Source: Gemmatimonadota bacterium
Lineage (GTDB): Bacteria; Gemmatimonadota; Gemmatimonadetes; Gemmatimonadales; GWC2-71-9
DNA length: 64,000 nucleotides
Assembly (NCBI GenBank): GCA_003222135.1
Contig: QHUM01000039.1
Span: 139,115-203,114 of the forward strand
Reading direction: 5' to 3'
Every line of letters starts with the position of its first letter. Position 1 is the stretch's first letter. Positions 17,675-27,522 of the stretch are shown piece after piece. A program made the position numbers and the translations under genes. A model generated the notes under the pieces. That model was given only the letters and a program-made list of their open reading frames with translations, was not told the DNA's origin and made no database searches.

Positions 17675-19795
17675 ATGGCGACCCGGACCCAGCCGAGATC
17701 CAAGGCCGCTAAGGCCCTCGCGAAGCCGGATCTCCTCGACATCTACCGGCTGATGCTGCTGTCCCGCCGGATCGACGACAAGGAGATCCAGCTCAAGCGG
17801 CAGAACAAGATCTTCTTTCAGATCTCGGGCGCCGGCCACGAAGCCGTGCTCGCGGCGGCGGGGCGCGTGCTCCGGCCCGCCTACGACTGGTTCTATCCCT
17901 ACTACCGCGACCGCGCGCTGTGCCTCGCCCTCGGCATGACTCCGACGGAGATGCTGCTCTCGGCGGTGGGCGCGGCGGAGGATCCCAACTCGGGTGGCCG
18001 GCAGATGCCGTCCCACTGGGGTCACAAGGCCCTCAACATCGTCAGTCAGTCGAGCCCCACGGGCACGCAGCTGCTGCAGGCGGTGGGCTGCGCGGAGGCC
18101 TGGCTCCGCTACACCGGGATCGACGGCATCACCGACAAGCCCGTCAAGGGCGACGAGCTCGTCTACGTCTCGGTCGGCGACGGCACGACGAGCGAAGGGG
18201 AATTCTGGGAGGCGCTCAACAGCGCGAGCAACTTGAAGCTGCCGGTGCTGTTCCTCGTCGAAGACAACAAGTACGCGATCTCGGTCCCCGTGGAAGTCCA
18301 GACCGCCGGCGGCTCCGTGTCGAAGCTGGTCAGCAACTTCCCGGATCTCCTGGTCGCGGAGGTGGACGGCTGCGACCCGGTGGCCTCCTACGAGGTGCTC
18401 CTGCGCGCGGCCGAATACTGCCGGCAGCGCAAGGGCCCCGCACTCGTGCACGCGCACGTCACCCGTCCGTATTCGCACTCGCTCTCCGACGACGAAGTGG
18501 TCTACAAGCCGCCCAAGGAGCGCGAGGAGGAGGCGAAGCGCGACTGCACGCTCACGTTCCCGAAGCGGCTGATCGCCGAGGGCGTCGCCACCGAGGCCGA
18601 GATCGCCCAGATCCGTCAGCAGGTGGACGAGGAGATCGAGGTCGCGGCCGACATGGCCCTGGGCTCTCCCCAACCGACGCCGGAATCGGCGCTCAAGTAC
18701 GTGTACTCTCCGGACGTCGACCCGACGTCGGAGCAGTTCGACACCGAGGACGACCCCCAGTTCTCCGGCGATCCGACCACGATGGTGGACCTGCTCAATG
18801 CGTGCCTCAAGGACGAGATGGCACGCGATCCGCGCATCGTGATCTTCGGCGAGGACGTGGCCGACGTGAGCCGCGAGCAGTACCTCAAGGACGTGAAGGG
18901 CAAGGGCGGGGTCTTCAAGGTCACGTGGGGGCTGCAGCGGCAGTTCGGCAGCGAGCGCGTCTACAACTCGCCCCTCGCCGAGGCCAACATCGTCGGTCGG
19001 GCGATCGGGCTCGCCACCCGCGGGCTCAAGCCCGTCGTCGAGGTCCAGTTCTTCGACTACATCTGGCCCGCCTACCACCAGCTGCGCAACGAGCTGGCCA
19101 CGATGCGCTGGCGCTCGAACAACGCGTTCAGCGCCCCCGCCGTCGTGCGCGTCACCTACGGCGGATATCTCAAGGGCGGCGCCATCTACCACTCGCAGAC
19201 GGGGGCGGTGGTCTTCACGGCCATTCCCGGATTGCGCGTCATCTGTCCCAGCACCGCGCTCGACGCGAACGGCCTGCTGCGCACCGCCATCCGTTGCGAC
19301 GATCCCGTCCTCTTCCTCGAGCACAAGCACCTCTACCGCCAGACCTACAACAAGGCGCCCAACCCGGGCCCGAACTTCATGATTCCGTTCGGCAAGGCGA
19401 AGGTCGCGCGGTCAGGCGCGGACCTGACCGTGGTGACGTACGGCGCCGTGGTACAGCGCGCGCTGGTCGCGGCCAAGGAGCTCGAGGAGAAGGACGGTGT
19501 AAGCGTGGAGGTGATCGATCTGCGCAGCCTGTCGCCGGTGGACTGGGATACCATCGGCGAATCCGTGCGCAAGACCAGCCGCGTGCTCGTCGCGTACGAA
19601 GACGCGCTCTCGTGGGGCTACGGCGCCGAGATCGCGGCGCAGATCGCGGGCGAGTGCTTTTCCTGGCTCGACGCACCCGTGACGCGCGTGGCCTCGACCG
19701 ACACGTTCGTCGGGTACGCGCCCGCGCTGGAAGACTTCATCCTGCCTCAGGTGGAGGATCTCGCGCGGGCGATGCGCGAGCTGCATGCGTTCTAG
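17675..19795 (+). CDS. 2-oxoacid dehydrogenase E1 component, fused alpha and beta subunits (TPP-dependent)
   Basis: The alpha part has the [18 protein letters not shown]-binding motif. The beta part reads FGEDVAD...[20 protein letters not shown] and continues with a C-terminal transketolase-like domain. The start is ATG 17675. Confidence 0.9.
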   Translation: MATRTQPRSKAAKALAKPDLLDIYRLMLLSRRIDDKEIQLKRQNKIFFQISGAGHEAVLAAAGRVLRPAYDWFYPYYRDRALCLALGMTPTEMLLSAVGAAEDPNSGGRQMPSHWGHKALNIVSQSSPTGTQLLQAVGCAEAWLRYTGIDGITDKPVKGDELVYVSVGDGTTSEGEFWEALNSASNLKLPVLFLVEDNKYAISVPVEVQTAGGSVSKLVSNFPDLLVAEVDGCDPVASYEVLLRAAEYCRQRKGPALVHAHVTRPYSHSLSDDEVVYKPPKEREEEAKRDCTLTFPKRLIAEGVATEAEIAQIRQQVDEEIEVAADMALGSPQPTPESALKYVYSPDVDPTSEQFDTEDDPQFSGDPTTMVDLLNACLKDEMARDPRIVIFGEDVADVSREQYLKDVKGKGGVFKVTWGLQRQFGSERVYNSPLAEANIVGRAIGLATRGLKPVVEVQFFDYIWPAYHQLRNELATMRWRSNNAFSAPAVVRVTYGGYLKGGAIYHSQTGAVVFTAIPGLRVICPSTALDANGLLRTAIRCDDPVLFLEHKHLYRQTYNKAPNPGPNFMIPFGKAKVARSGADLTVVTYGAVVQRALVAAKELEEKDGVSVEVIDLRSLSPVDWDTIGESVRKTSRVLVAYEDALSWGYGAEIAAQIAGECFSWLDAPVTRVASTDTFVGYAPALEDFILPQVEDLARAMRELHAF

Positions 19796-22700
19796 CGCTG
19801 CCCGCGCCTTCGCTCTCCTGTTTTTCCTGTCGGGCGCCACGGGGCTGGTCTACGAGCTCCTCTGGGTGCGGTTGCTCTACCAGGCGTTCGGGTCCACGAT
19901 CCAGTCGGTCACCACGGTCGTCGCCGCGTACATGGGCGGCCTCGGTCTCGGCGCCTGGCTGCTGGGCCGCCGCGCCGACCGCCACCCGCGCCCCGCGGCG
20001 TTGTACGGTGGGCTCGAAATCGCCATCGGGGCGTTCGGTCTCGTCTCGCCTCTCGTCCTCGCGCTCGTGCACCAGGGGTACGTCGCGGCCGCCGGTGCGT
20101 GGCACCTGAGCGGCGGGGCCAGCGTCGCCCTCCGCTTCGGCCTCGCAGCGGTCGTGTTGCTGGTCCCGACCACGCTGATGGGAGGGACGCTGCCGGTGCT
20201 CACGCGGGCGTTCACGGGGGCGGACCGCGCAGAGTTGAAGCACTCGCTGGGCCGGCTGTACGGTCTCAACACCCTCGGCGCGGTTGTCGGCACGGCGCTC
20301 GCCGGATTCTTCCTCATCGAGTGGGTCGGCATCCGGGCGAGCCTCTGGGGCACCGCGCTGCTGAACCTGCTCATCGGCGTGAGCGCGCTCCGCCTGCCCG
20401 ATCCCCGGGTGGCCGCACCACCCACGGACCCCGGGCGCCAGCCCGAGGCGAACCACATCGCGCCGCAGCTGCGGCGGATCGCCCTGGTGCTGCTCGCGCT
20501 CACCGCGTTCGCGTCGTTGCTCGACGAAATCGCCTGGACCCGCGTACTCGTGATGATCGTCGGTGGGTCGACCTACGCCTTCACCCTGGTGCTGCTCGTC
20601 TTTCTGCTCGGGATCGGCGCCGGCAGCGCCGTGGTCGCGCGCCGCAGCGCGCCGGCGTCCGAGACCGCAGCCGACGCCGCCATGGCGCAGGCGGTTACGG
20701 CGGCCGGAGCGGGCGTCCTCTTCGTTGTGTTCGGCGTGCTGCCGCGCTACATCATCGCGGTGTTTCAGGCGCCGTCGCTCGGCGCCACCGGGCGCCTCCT
20801 GGCCATGGGGTTGGCGGTCGGCGCGGTCGTGCTGATCCCCGCACTCGGCATGGGGATGACCTTCCCCCTCCTCACGGATCTCGTGGCTCCGCGGGACGCC
20901 GCGCGCGGCGCCGACGTGGGGCGTGCCTACGCGCTCAACACTCTGGGCAGCATCGCGGGCGCGGTGCTCACGGGATTCGTCCTGGTCGTGACGCTCGGCA
21001 CCGATCTCACGCTTCGCGCCGGAGTGGTGATCAACGCCGCCGCCGCGCTGACGCTCGCCGTGTTGGCCGCGCGCGGCGTCGCCGAGGGCTCCCCGCAGCA
21101 CCGCCGGCTTCGGCTGCGGGTGCTCGGCGCGGGCAGCCTCGCGAGCGTCGGGCTCGCCGTGGCACTCGCCGCGCCGCGCTGGAGCACCCGGCTCATCGAT
21201 CTGGGGCCGAGCATCTACGCCCGCCAGCCGATGAACGCCGCCGCCATCGACGAATTCCTCGCACATCGCGGCGTGCGTCAGCTCGCCTTCAAGGAAGGGT
21301 GGAACGCGACCGTGTCCGTGTGGGAGAGCGGTCCGGGCCGCACGCTCAAGGTCAACGGCAAGGCCGACGCCTCCGACCACGGCGACATGGACACCGAGAT
21401 CCTGCTCGGCCTTGCCCCGGCGGCGGCGCACCCCGACGCGACCAGCGCACTGGTGATCGGCTACGGCAGCGGTGTGACCACGCGTGTGCTCGCCGGCGTC
21501 CCCGGGATGGAGCGCGTGCGCGTCGTCGAGATCGAGCCCGCCGTGCTCGACATGGGCCGGTGGTTCCTGCACGTGAACGACACCGTCCTCGCCCGATCGG
21601 GCGTGTCGGTGGCGGTCGACGACGCGCGCAGCGCGCTCCAGGTCGACCGCGCGCGCTACGACGTGATCGTCTCCGAGCCCTCGAACCCGTGGCTCGCGGG
21701 CGTCGCCACGCTCTACACCCCGGAGTTCTTCCGCATCGTGCGCGGGCGACTCACGGACGACGGCGTCTTCTGCCAATGGGTGCAGCTCTACCAGCTCCCG
21801 GTGTCCGTGGTGGCGGGCATCGTCCGGAACCTGCACGCCGTGTTCCCGTACGTGGAGATCTGGTTCAGCTCGCCCGGCGACGTGATGGTGCTCGGCTCGG
21901 CCCGCCCACTGGCGTACGACGCCGGTTGGCTCGGGCGGCTGGTCGGCCCGCAGGGCGCGCTCAGCGCGCTCGGCCGGGAGTACCTCGGCGTGGACCAGCC
22001 CGCCGACTACTTCGGGCATCTGCTGCTCGGGCCAACCGGTGTCGCCGAGCTGCTCAAGCACTCCAGCGTCGCCCATCGCGACGACCTGCCGCGCCTCGAG
22101 TTCGTGGCGGCACGTCGCTTTCTCGACAGCCGAGGTACCGAGGGGGTGTTCGACTCCTTGGTCGCGATGCGCGCCGCGACGCAAGCGGCGGACGGCGCGT
22201 CTCCGTTCCTCTTCGCCAAAGCGCTGACCGTGCGCCGCGGTGATCCCGCCGCCCTGCGCTATATCGACGCCGCACGCCGGGCGCAGCCCGACGAGCCGCG
22301 CTGGACCGTCAACACCGCCGCGATCCTCCTGGGGCTCGGTGACTCGACGCTCGCCGACACGGCTCTCGGGCGGCTCGTGCACACGGGGCACGACCCAGGC
22401 GCGTGGCTGCTCTCCGGTCTCGTCGCGACGCGGCGCGGACAGGACGCGCGCGCCGCCGCCCTCTTGTCCGGGGCGCTCGCGGCGGGTGCCGACAGCGCGG
22501 AGGCGCGCGCCGGCCTCGCGGTGGTCGCGGCACGAGCGAAGCAGTGGACTCGAGCAGCGGCGGACGCGCGGGCGGCGTTGGCCACTGTGCGTGGCACGTT
22601 GCGGCACCCCTACCCTCGGGAATGGCTCGGGGACGCGCTCACGCGATTCGCCCTGGAGGGACCGCCGCGCGTCGCCGATAGCCTGATGCGCACGGCCGTG

Positions 22701-22871
22701 GCGGGTCGCGACGGGTGGTCCAAGCTCCACGAGCTCCTCGCCGTCGCGGCGCTGCGGGCGGGGCGCTGCGAGGACGCGGTGCAGCAGTTCATTTTGTTGC
22801 TCGAGTTTGGCATCGAGCGCGACGACGGTCCGCCGCTCGTCGTGCGCTGCCGGCGGGGCGAGGCGCTTTAG
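19785..22871 (+). CDS. Fused membrane / spermidine-synthase-like protein with a C-terminal TPR-like helical domain
   Basis: The N-terminus has multiple TM helices ([19 protein letters not shown]). A methyltransferase-fold core follows ([22 protein letters not shown]), then a C-terminal Ala-rich helical repeat region. Confidence 0.85.
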   Translation: MRSSAARAFALLFFLSGATGLVYELLWVRLLYQAFGSTIQSVTTVVAAYMGGLGLGAWLLGRRADRHPRPAALYGGLEIAIGAFGLVSPLVLALVHQGYVAAAGAWHLSGGASVALRFGLAAVVLLVPTTLMGGTLPVLTRAFTGADRAELKHSLGRLYGLNTLGAVVGTALAGFFLIEWVGIRASLWGTALLNLLIGVSALRLPDPRVAAPPTDPGRQPEANHIAPQLRRIALVLLALTAFASLLDEIAWTRVLVMIVGGSTYAFTLVLLVFLLGIGAGSAVVARRSAPASETAADAAMAQAVTAAGAGVLFVVFGVLPRYIIAVFQAPSLGATGRLLAMGLAVGAVVLIPALGMGMTFPLLTDLVAPRDAARGADVGRAYALNTLGSIAGAVLTGFVLVVTLGTDLTLRAGVVINAAAALTLAVLAARGVAEGSPQHRRLRLRVLGAGSLASVGLAVALAAPRWSTRLIDLGPSIYARQPMNAAAIDEFLAHRGVRQLAFKEGWNATVSVWESGPGRTLKVNGKADASDHGDMDTEILLGLAPAAAHPDATSALVIGYGSGVTTRVLAGVPGMERVRVVEIEPAVLDMGRWFLHVNDTVLARSGVSVAVDDARSALQVDRARYDVIVSEPSNPWLAGVATLYTPEFFRIVRGRLTDDGVFCQWVQLYQLPVSVVAGIVRNLHAVFPYVEIWFSSPGDVMVLGSARPLAYDAGWLGRLVGPQGALSALGREYLGVDQPADYFGHLLLGPTGVAELLKHSSVAHRDDLPRLEFVAARRFLDSRGTEGVFDSLVAMRAATQAADGASPFLFAKALTVRRGDPAALRYIDAARRAQPDEPRWTVNTAAILLGLGDSTLADTALGRLVHTGHDPGAWLLSGLVATRRGQDARAAALLSGALAAGADSAEARAGLAVVAARAKQWTRAAADARAALATVRGTLRHPYPREWLGDALTRFALEGPPRVADSLMRTAVAGRDGWSKLHELLAVAALRAGRCEDAVQQFILLLEFGIERDDGPPLVVRCRRGEAL

Positions 22872-24715
22872 GCGCCGGTCTGCTCTCCCAGCGCTTCGCG
22901 GATCTCGCCCGCCGCGGCGATCGCGTGGTCGACGTCGCGGGACAGGGCCCGGGCCTGCTGGGTGGCGTGAGTCAGATCGTCGAGCACCGCTGCCACCCCC
23001 GCGGATCGAAGTCGCAGCAGATCGAACCGCACGTTCTGCATGGCGAGCACGCACGATTCGATCTGGTCCTCGACGAGCTGACGGCGCGTGATCAGGTTCG
23101 CGAGGGTCTGCCGCTGTCGCTGGAGCAGGTTGAGCTGGCGCTCGCGCTCCGAGCTCTCCGGCTCCCGTTTGGTCAGTGCGAGCTTATCGTCGAGCCGCGA
23201 GAGCGCCCGCTGATCGACGTCACCGCTCATGGCGTGCGCGGCTCGCGCTAGGTCCTCGGCACGCTTCAGCAGCCCGTCCACCGTGACGATCACATCCGGG
23301 AGCAGCTTCCGTTCGGACTTGGGCACGAGCTCCATGATCTTGAGGATCGCCTTGCGGTCGTTCCGCGCCTGTTGCACCGCCGTCGCCAGGCGCCCGAACT
23401 CCTCCCCCGTGGCAGCCGGGAGGTCGAGTGGCCGCGATCCCGCCGCCGCAAGCTGGGCTTCGGCCGACTCGGGCGCTGCCGGCCGGCGCAATACGTCGCG
23501 CCAGGAATAGCCTGCGCTCCACAGCTTCATGTACAGCGGCAGCAGGCCGAACGCTCCCCACGGCACGGCCACGAATAACGACCACCCGTGCCACCCCGTC
23601 GCCGCGTCGAACAGCAGGCACCCGCCTGCTACCGACGCCCAAGACACGAAGCTCGACCGCATCTTGCGGACGATGTCGGCTTCGCCCCCGGGCGCGAGCT
23701 GCACCGCCTCGCGCTGCGGGCGCGTCGGACGCCGCCCCCGCACTCCTCCCCCCACGTTCGGGCTGCGAGGGACTGGGAGGGAGGGCGGCGGCGGGAACCG
23801 TGTGGCCCGCGATGCCGCGCCGGCCGATGGGCGCCGCGACCGGTACATGGTGGCGTTGCGCGCTTCGAGCGCCCGCCGCAGCGCGTCTGCCGTGGGCCAG
23901 CGGTCCTCCGGGTCCTTCTCGAGCGAGCGCATCACGCACGCCGCCAGGTCGTCGGGGCAGTCGCTGCACTTCTCCGTGACGAGTGGCGCCCGCTCCGTGA
24001 TGTGCTTCATCAGGATGCCGGGCACGGTTGGCGCGTGGAACGGCAGCTCCCCGGTCAGCATCTGGTAGCTCACGACGCCCAGGCTGTAGATGTCCGAGCG
24101 GCCGTCGATTTCACGGTCTCCCGCGGCTTGCTCCGGGCTCATGTAGTGCGGCGTCCCGATCGCCACGCCCGTGGCGGTCAGCGTCGCCGAGCCCGTCGTC
24201 GATGACAGGGCCTTGGCGATCCCGAAGTCCGTGACCACGACGCGGCCCCGGCTCCCCTCGAGCAGGATGTTGTCCGGCTTCACGTCGCGGTGGATGATGC
24301 CGAGCGCGTGCGCCGCGCCGAGCGCGTCGGACGTCTCCAGCATGATGCGACGCGCCTCCTCCGCGGGCAGGCGCCCCCGCCGCTTCAGCTTTCCCGCCAC
24401 CGACTCGCCGTCCACGAAGGCCATCACGAAGTAGACCAGCCCGTCGGGCCCCTCGCCCACCGAATGGATCGGGACGATGTGCGGGTGGGACAACCGCGCC
24501 GCGGTTTCTGCTTCGCGCAGGAAGCGGATGCGGATCTCTTCTCGGAAGGCGAGCTCGGGGGGTAGGACCTTGATGGCTACCTGACGCTTCAGGCGCTCGT
24601 CCCGGGCCTTGTACACCACGCCCATGCCGCCGCGACCAAGCTCCCCCTCGACGGTATAGGAGCTTCCCAGGGCCTGGATCAGGCGTCCGGCGAGCGACTT
24701 GTCGGCGTCATTCAT
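22868..24715 (-). CDS. Ser/Thr protein kinase with TM segments and a C-terminal coiled-coil domain
   Basis: Hanks kinase motifs are present: GRGGMGVVYKA, AIK, HRDVKPDNIL, DFGIAK, and SPEQ (APE motif position). Confidence 0.9.
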   Translation of the reverse strand: MNDADKSLAGRLIQALGSSYTVEGELGRGGMGVVYKARDERLKRQVAIKVLPPELAFREEIRIRFLREAETAARLSHPHIVPIHSVGEGPDGLVYFVMAFVDGESVAGKLKRRGRLPAEEARRIMLETSDALGAAHALGIIHRDVKPDNILLEGSRGRVVVTDFGIAKALSSTTGSATLTATGVAIGTPHYMSPEQAAGDREIDGRSDIYSLGVVSYQMLTGELPFHAPTVPGILMKHITERAPLVTEKCSDCPDDLAACVMRSLEKDPEDRWPTADALRRALEARNATMYRSRRPSAGAASRATRFPPPPSLPVPRSPNVGGGVRGRRPTRPQREAVQLAPGGEADIVRKMRSSFVSWASVAGGCLLFDAATGWHGWSLFVAVPWGAFGLLPLYMKLWSAGYSWRDVLRRPAAPESAEAQLAAAGSRPLDLPAATGEEFGRLATAVQQARNDRKAILKIMELVPKSERKLLPDVIVTVDGLLKRAEDLARAAHAMSGDVDQRALSRLDDKLALTKREPESSERERQLNLLQRQRQTLANLITRRQLVEDQIESCVLAMQNVRFDLLRLRSAGVAAVLDDLTHATQQARALSRDVDHAIAAAGEIREALGEQTGA

Positions 24716-24908
24716 CAGGGTTCGGCCAGTGAGCGCCGCATAGATTTAGCCGCGCAACGCCCGCCCTGCAACCAGCCAAAGCGTTTGCACTTACGTTTCG
24801 TGGCGCCAAGCTGACCGCCCGACGGTCCATCGCCGATGGCTAAACGGCAGCTTCTGCCTTATTGACCGCCCCGTACGGAACGGACGTGCTCGTCCGAGCG
24901 TTTTCTAG

Positions 24909-24924
24909 TGGCACGGACGATGCT
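24909..24924 (+). promoter_or_regulatory. Candidate sigma-54 (-24/-12) promoter upstream of lon
   Basis: TGGCACGGACGATGCT compared with consensus TGGCACG-N4-TTGCW. The GG and GC are separated by exactly 10 nt, and there is one mismatch (A for T) in the -12 box. It lies 38-50 nt upstream of the lon start codons. Confidence 0.45.
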
Positions 24925-24973
24925 TCCGCAGTCCGGGCGTGATGTTGGTGTCAACTCTCAAATGGAAGAACCT

Positions 24974-27403
24974 ATGTCTGAACGCTTGACGCTCCCGGTG
25001 CTGCCGCTCCGGGAGATGGTATTGTTTCCGGGCGTGTCCACGCCGATCGGCGCGGGCCGCCCCACGACGTTGCGCGCCATCGAAGCGGCCGTGAAGGGCG
25101 ACTCGCGCGTGATCTTCGCCGTGTCACAGCGCGAGAACGTCGATCACGTCACTCCGGGCGTGCTGTACACGACCGGGACGATCGCCAAGATCAGCCAGAT
25201 TCAGCGCGGGCTGGGCGGCGTGCAGCTGCTGTTGCACGGCGAGAAGCGCGGCGTGGCGCTGCACTACGTCGACAACCAGGGCCATCTCGAGGCTGTGGTG
25301 CGGGAGGTCGAGGACCTGCCGCCGCTCCGCCCCGACGATGCCGCGTTCGTGGCGCTGCACCGCGAGGCGCGCGAACGCGCCGCGGAGCTGGGCCAGAAGT
25401 CCGGGCTACCGGAGGAGGTCGTCCGGCAGGTGCTCGAGGGCGTTACGGAACCCGGACGCCTCGCCGACCTCGTGGCCGGCTACCTGGAGATCGACCCGGC
25501 CGAGCGCCAGGCCCTGCTCGAAACCCTCGAGGTCGAGGAGCGGCTGCGCCGGGTGCTGGTGCACGTCCAGCGCCAGATCGGCGTGCTCGACGCCCAGGAG
25601 CACATCAAGTCGCAGGTTCAGGAGGAGCTGGGCGAGCGCCAGCGGGAGCTGTTCCTGCGCGAGCAGATGAAGGCGATCCGCAAGGAGCTGGGCGAGGGGG
25701 ACGAGGCGAGTGACGTCGAGGAGCTGCGCAAGCGCCTTGCGGCGCTCGAGCTTCCCGAAGCCGCCCAGAAGGAAGTGGACCGCGAGCTGGCGCGGCTCGA
25801 GCGCGCGGCCCGGGACTCGATGGAAGCCCAGGTCATCCGCACGTATCTCGAGACCGTGGCTGAGCTGCCGTGGAACAAGCGGGCCGAAGAGTCGCTCGAC
25901 TTGAAGCGGGCGGCCGCGATCCTCGACGAGGACCATTACGGCCTGCAGGACGTGAAGGACGAGGTGCTCGAGTTTCTGTCGGTGCGCCAGCTGCGCCAGC
26001 GTACTCCGGAAGGCGACGCGCGCGGCAACGAAGACGATAAACAGTCCAAAGGATCGATCCTGCTGTTCGTCGGGCCGCCGGGCGTGGGCAAGACGTCGAT
26101 CGCGAAGTCGATCGCCCGGGCGATGGGCCGGCCGTACGTGCGTATCTCGCTGGGCGGCGCCCGCGACGAGGCAGACATCCGCGGCCATCGCCGCACGTAC
26201 GTCGGCGCGATGCCGGGCCGCATCATCCAGGGGATGAAGCAGGCCGGTGCCAAGAACCCCGTGTTCCTGCTCGACGAAGTCGACAAGCTGGGCGTCTCGT
26301 TCCAGGGCGACCCGGCGGCCGCGCTGCTGGAAGTGCTCGATCCGGCGCAGAACGACTCGTTCACCGATCACTACCTCGGGGTGCCGTTCGACCTCTCGGA
26401 GGTGCTGTTCGTCGCGACGGCGAACTTCCTGCAGTACATCCCGGCCCCGCTGCTCGACCGGCTCGAGACCGTCAACTTCGCCGGGTACACCGAGCGCGAG
26501 AAGCTCGAGATCGCGAAGCGCTACCTGGTGCCGCGCCAGCTGCAGGAAAACGGCCTGGCGCCGGGACAGCTCACAGTGGACGACGCCGCGCTGAGCAAGA
26601 TCATCACGAGCTACACGCGCGAAGCCGGCGTGCGTCAGCTGGAGCGCGAAATCGGCAAGCTGGCCCGCAAGGTGGCGCGCAAGGTGGCGGTGGGCGAGGT
26701 GGAGCGTCTCGCCGTCGCGGCGTCGGACGTCGACGACTTGCTCGGGCGGCCCAAGGTGCATCCCGAGCGCATGGCGCGCGCGGACGATCTGGGCGTCGCG
26801 ACCGGGATGTACTACACGCCGGTCGGCGGCGACATCATGTTCGTCGAGGCGAGCGTTATGCAGGGCAAGGGCGAGCTGGTGCTCACGGGCCAGCTGGGAG
26901 ACGTGATGAAGGAATCGGCGCGCGCGGCGCTGACGTACGCGAAGAGCCACGCCGACCAGCTCGGCATCCCGGAGGAGGCCCTCACCGAGACCGACGTGCA
27001 CATCCACGTCCCGGCCGGCGCGATTCCGAAGGACGGCCCGTCCGCAGGCGTGACGATGGCCACGGCGCTGGTGTCCGCCCTGTCGCGGCGGCCGGCGCGC
27101 CACGACGTGGCGATGACCGGCGAGATCACCCTGCGTGGCCGAGTGCTGCCCATCGGAGGCGTCAAGGAGAAGGTGCTGGGCGCGGTCCGTGCGGGCATTC
27201 GCACCATCGTGCTTCCCAAGGAGAACGCGGCTGACCTGGAGGATCTCCCTGAGGAGGTACGCAAGACCCTCGACGTGCACGTGGTCGAGGACTTAGGCGA
27301 GGTGTTGAGCCTGGCGCTGCGCGGTGCCCGGTTCGAAGCCGGCCACCTGGTATTCGAGGGACCCGTTCCGATCGAGCCAAGTCTCGTGGCGACGCAAAAC
27401 TAG
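24974..27403 (+). CDS. lon: ATP-dependent Lon protease
   Basis: [20 protein letters not shown] matches a Lon N-domain. Walker A is GPPGVGKTS and the catalytic Ser motif is KDGPSAGV. I prefer ATG 24974 because GGAAGA lies 4 nt upstream. ATG 24962 is the alternative. Confidence 0.95.
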   Translation: MSERLTLPVLPLREMVLFPGVSTPIGAGRPTTLRAIEAAVKGDSRVIFAVSQRENVDHVTPGVLYTTGTIAKISQIQRGLGGVQLLLHGEKRGVALHYVDNQGHLEAVVREVEDLPPLRPDDAAFVALHREARERAAELGQKSGLPEEVVRQVLEGVTEPGRLADLVAGYLEIDPAERQALLETLEVEERLRRVLVHVQRQIGVLDAQEHIKSQVQEELGERQRELFLREQMKAIRKELGEGDEASDVEELRKRLAALELPEAAQKEVDRELARLERAARDSMEAQVIRTYLETVAELPWNKRAEESLDLKRAAAILDEDHYGLQDVKDEVLEFLSVRQLRQRTPEGDARGNEDDKQSKGSILLFVGPPGVGKTSIAKSIARAMGRPYVRISLGGARDEADIRGHRRTYVGAMPGRIIQGMKQAGAKNPVFLLDEVDKLGVSFQGDPAAALLEVLDPAQNDSFTDHYLGVPFDLSEVLFVATANFLQYIPAPLLDRLETVNFAGYTEREKLEIAKRYLVPRQLQENGLAPGQLTVDDAALSKIITSYTREAGVRQLEREIGKLARKVARKVAVGEVERLAVAASDVDDLLGRPKVHPERMARADDLGVATGMYYTPVGGDIMFVEASVMQGKGELVLTGQLGDVMKESARAALTYAKSHADQLGIPEEALTETDVHIHVPAGAIPKDGPSAGVTMATALVSALSRRPARHDVAMTGEITLRGRVLPIGGVKEKVLGAVRAGIRTIVLPKENAADLEDLPEEVRKTLDVHVVEDLGEVLSLALRGARFEAGHLVFEGPVPIEPSLVATQN

Positions 27404-27422
27404 CCGCTGCACCGGTGGGAGC

Positions 27423-27454
27423 AGGGCCCCCGGGATTCTCTCCCCGGGGGCCCT
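27423..27454 (+). terminator. Strong GC hairpin downstream of lon
   Basis: AGGGCCCCCGGG (27423-34) pairs with CCCGGGGGCCCT (27443-54), a 12-bp stem with an 8-nt loop, 20 nt after the lon stop. No U-tract follows. Confidence 0.55.
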
Positions 27455-27522
27455 GACGTTGGTGCAACCTTTTCCGGGCGGCGTGCGTCTAAATCCCGGT
27501 ATCCTAGACCAAAGGTCCCGGT

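Noticed and set aside
17674-17677. A CATG that supplies overlapping divergent ATGs for the flavin reductase (17676) and E1 (17675), similar to the one at the S9 locus.
   Set aside because: ATG 17646 for the flavin reductase gives a normal-length protein and leaves a 28-nt divergent spacer. No flanking inverted repeat is present, so nothing beyond start-codon ambiguity is supported.
19737-23054. A 1105-aa minus-strand ORF.
   Set aside because: It is antisense to the spermidine-synthase-like gene, has Arg/Gly/Pro-dominated composition and contains no recognisable motif. It is a high-GC artefact.
24836-24904. A 9-codon mini-ORF (MAKRQLLPY) followed by a hairpin and a T-run upstream of lon, considered as a possible leader-peptide attenuator or small RNA.
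   Set aside because: The ORF is too short and lacks a convincing SD. The hairpin is only 6 bp, with 4 nt before the T-run. The element lies upstream of the candidate promoter rather than downstream of it. It is kept only as context in the sigma-54 finding.
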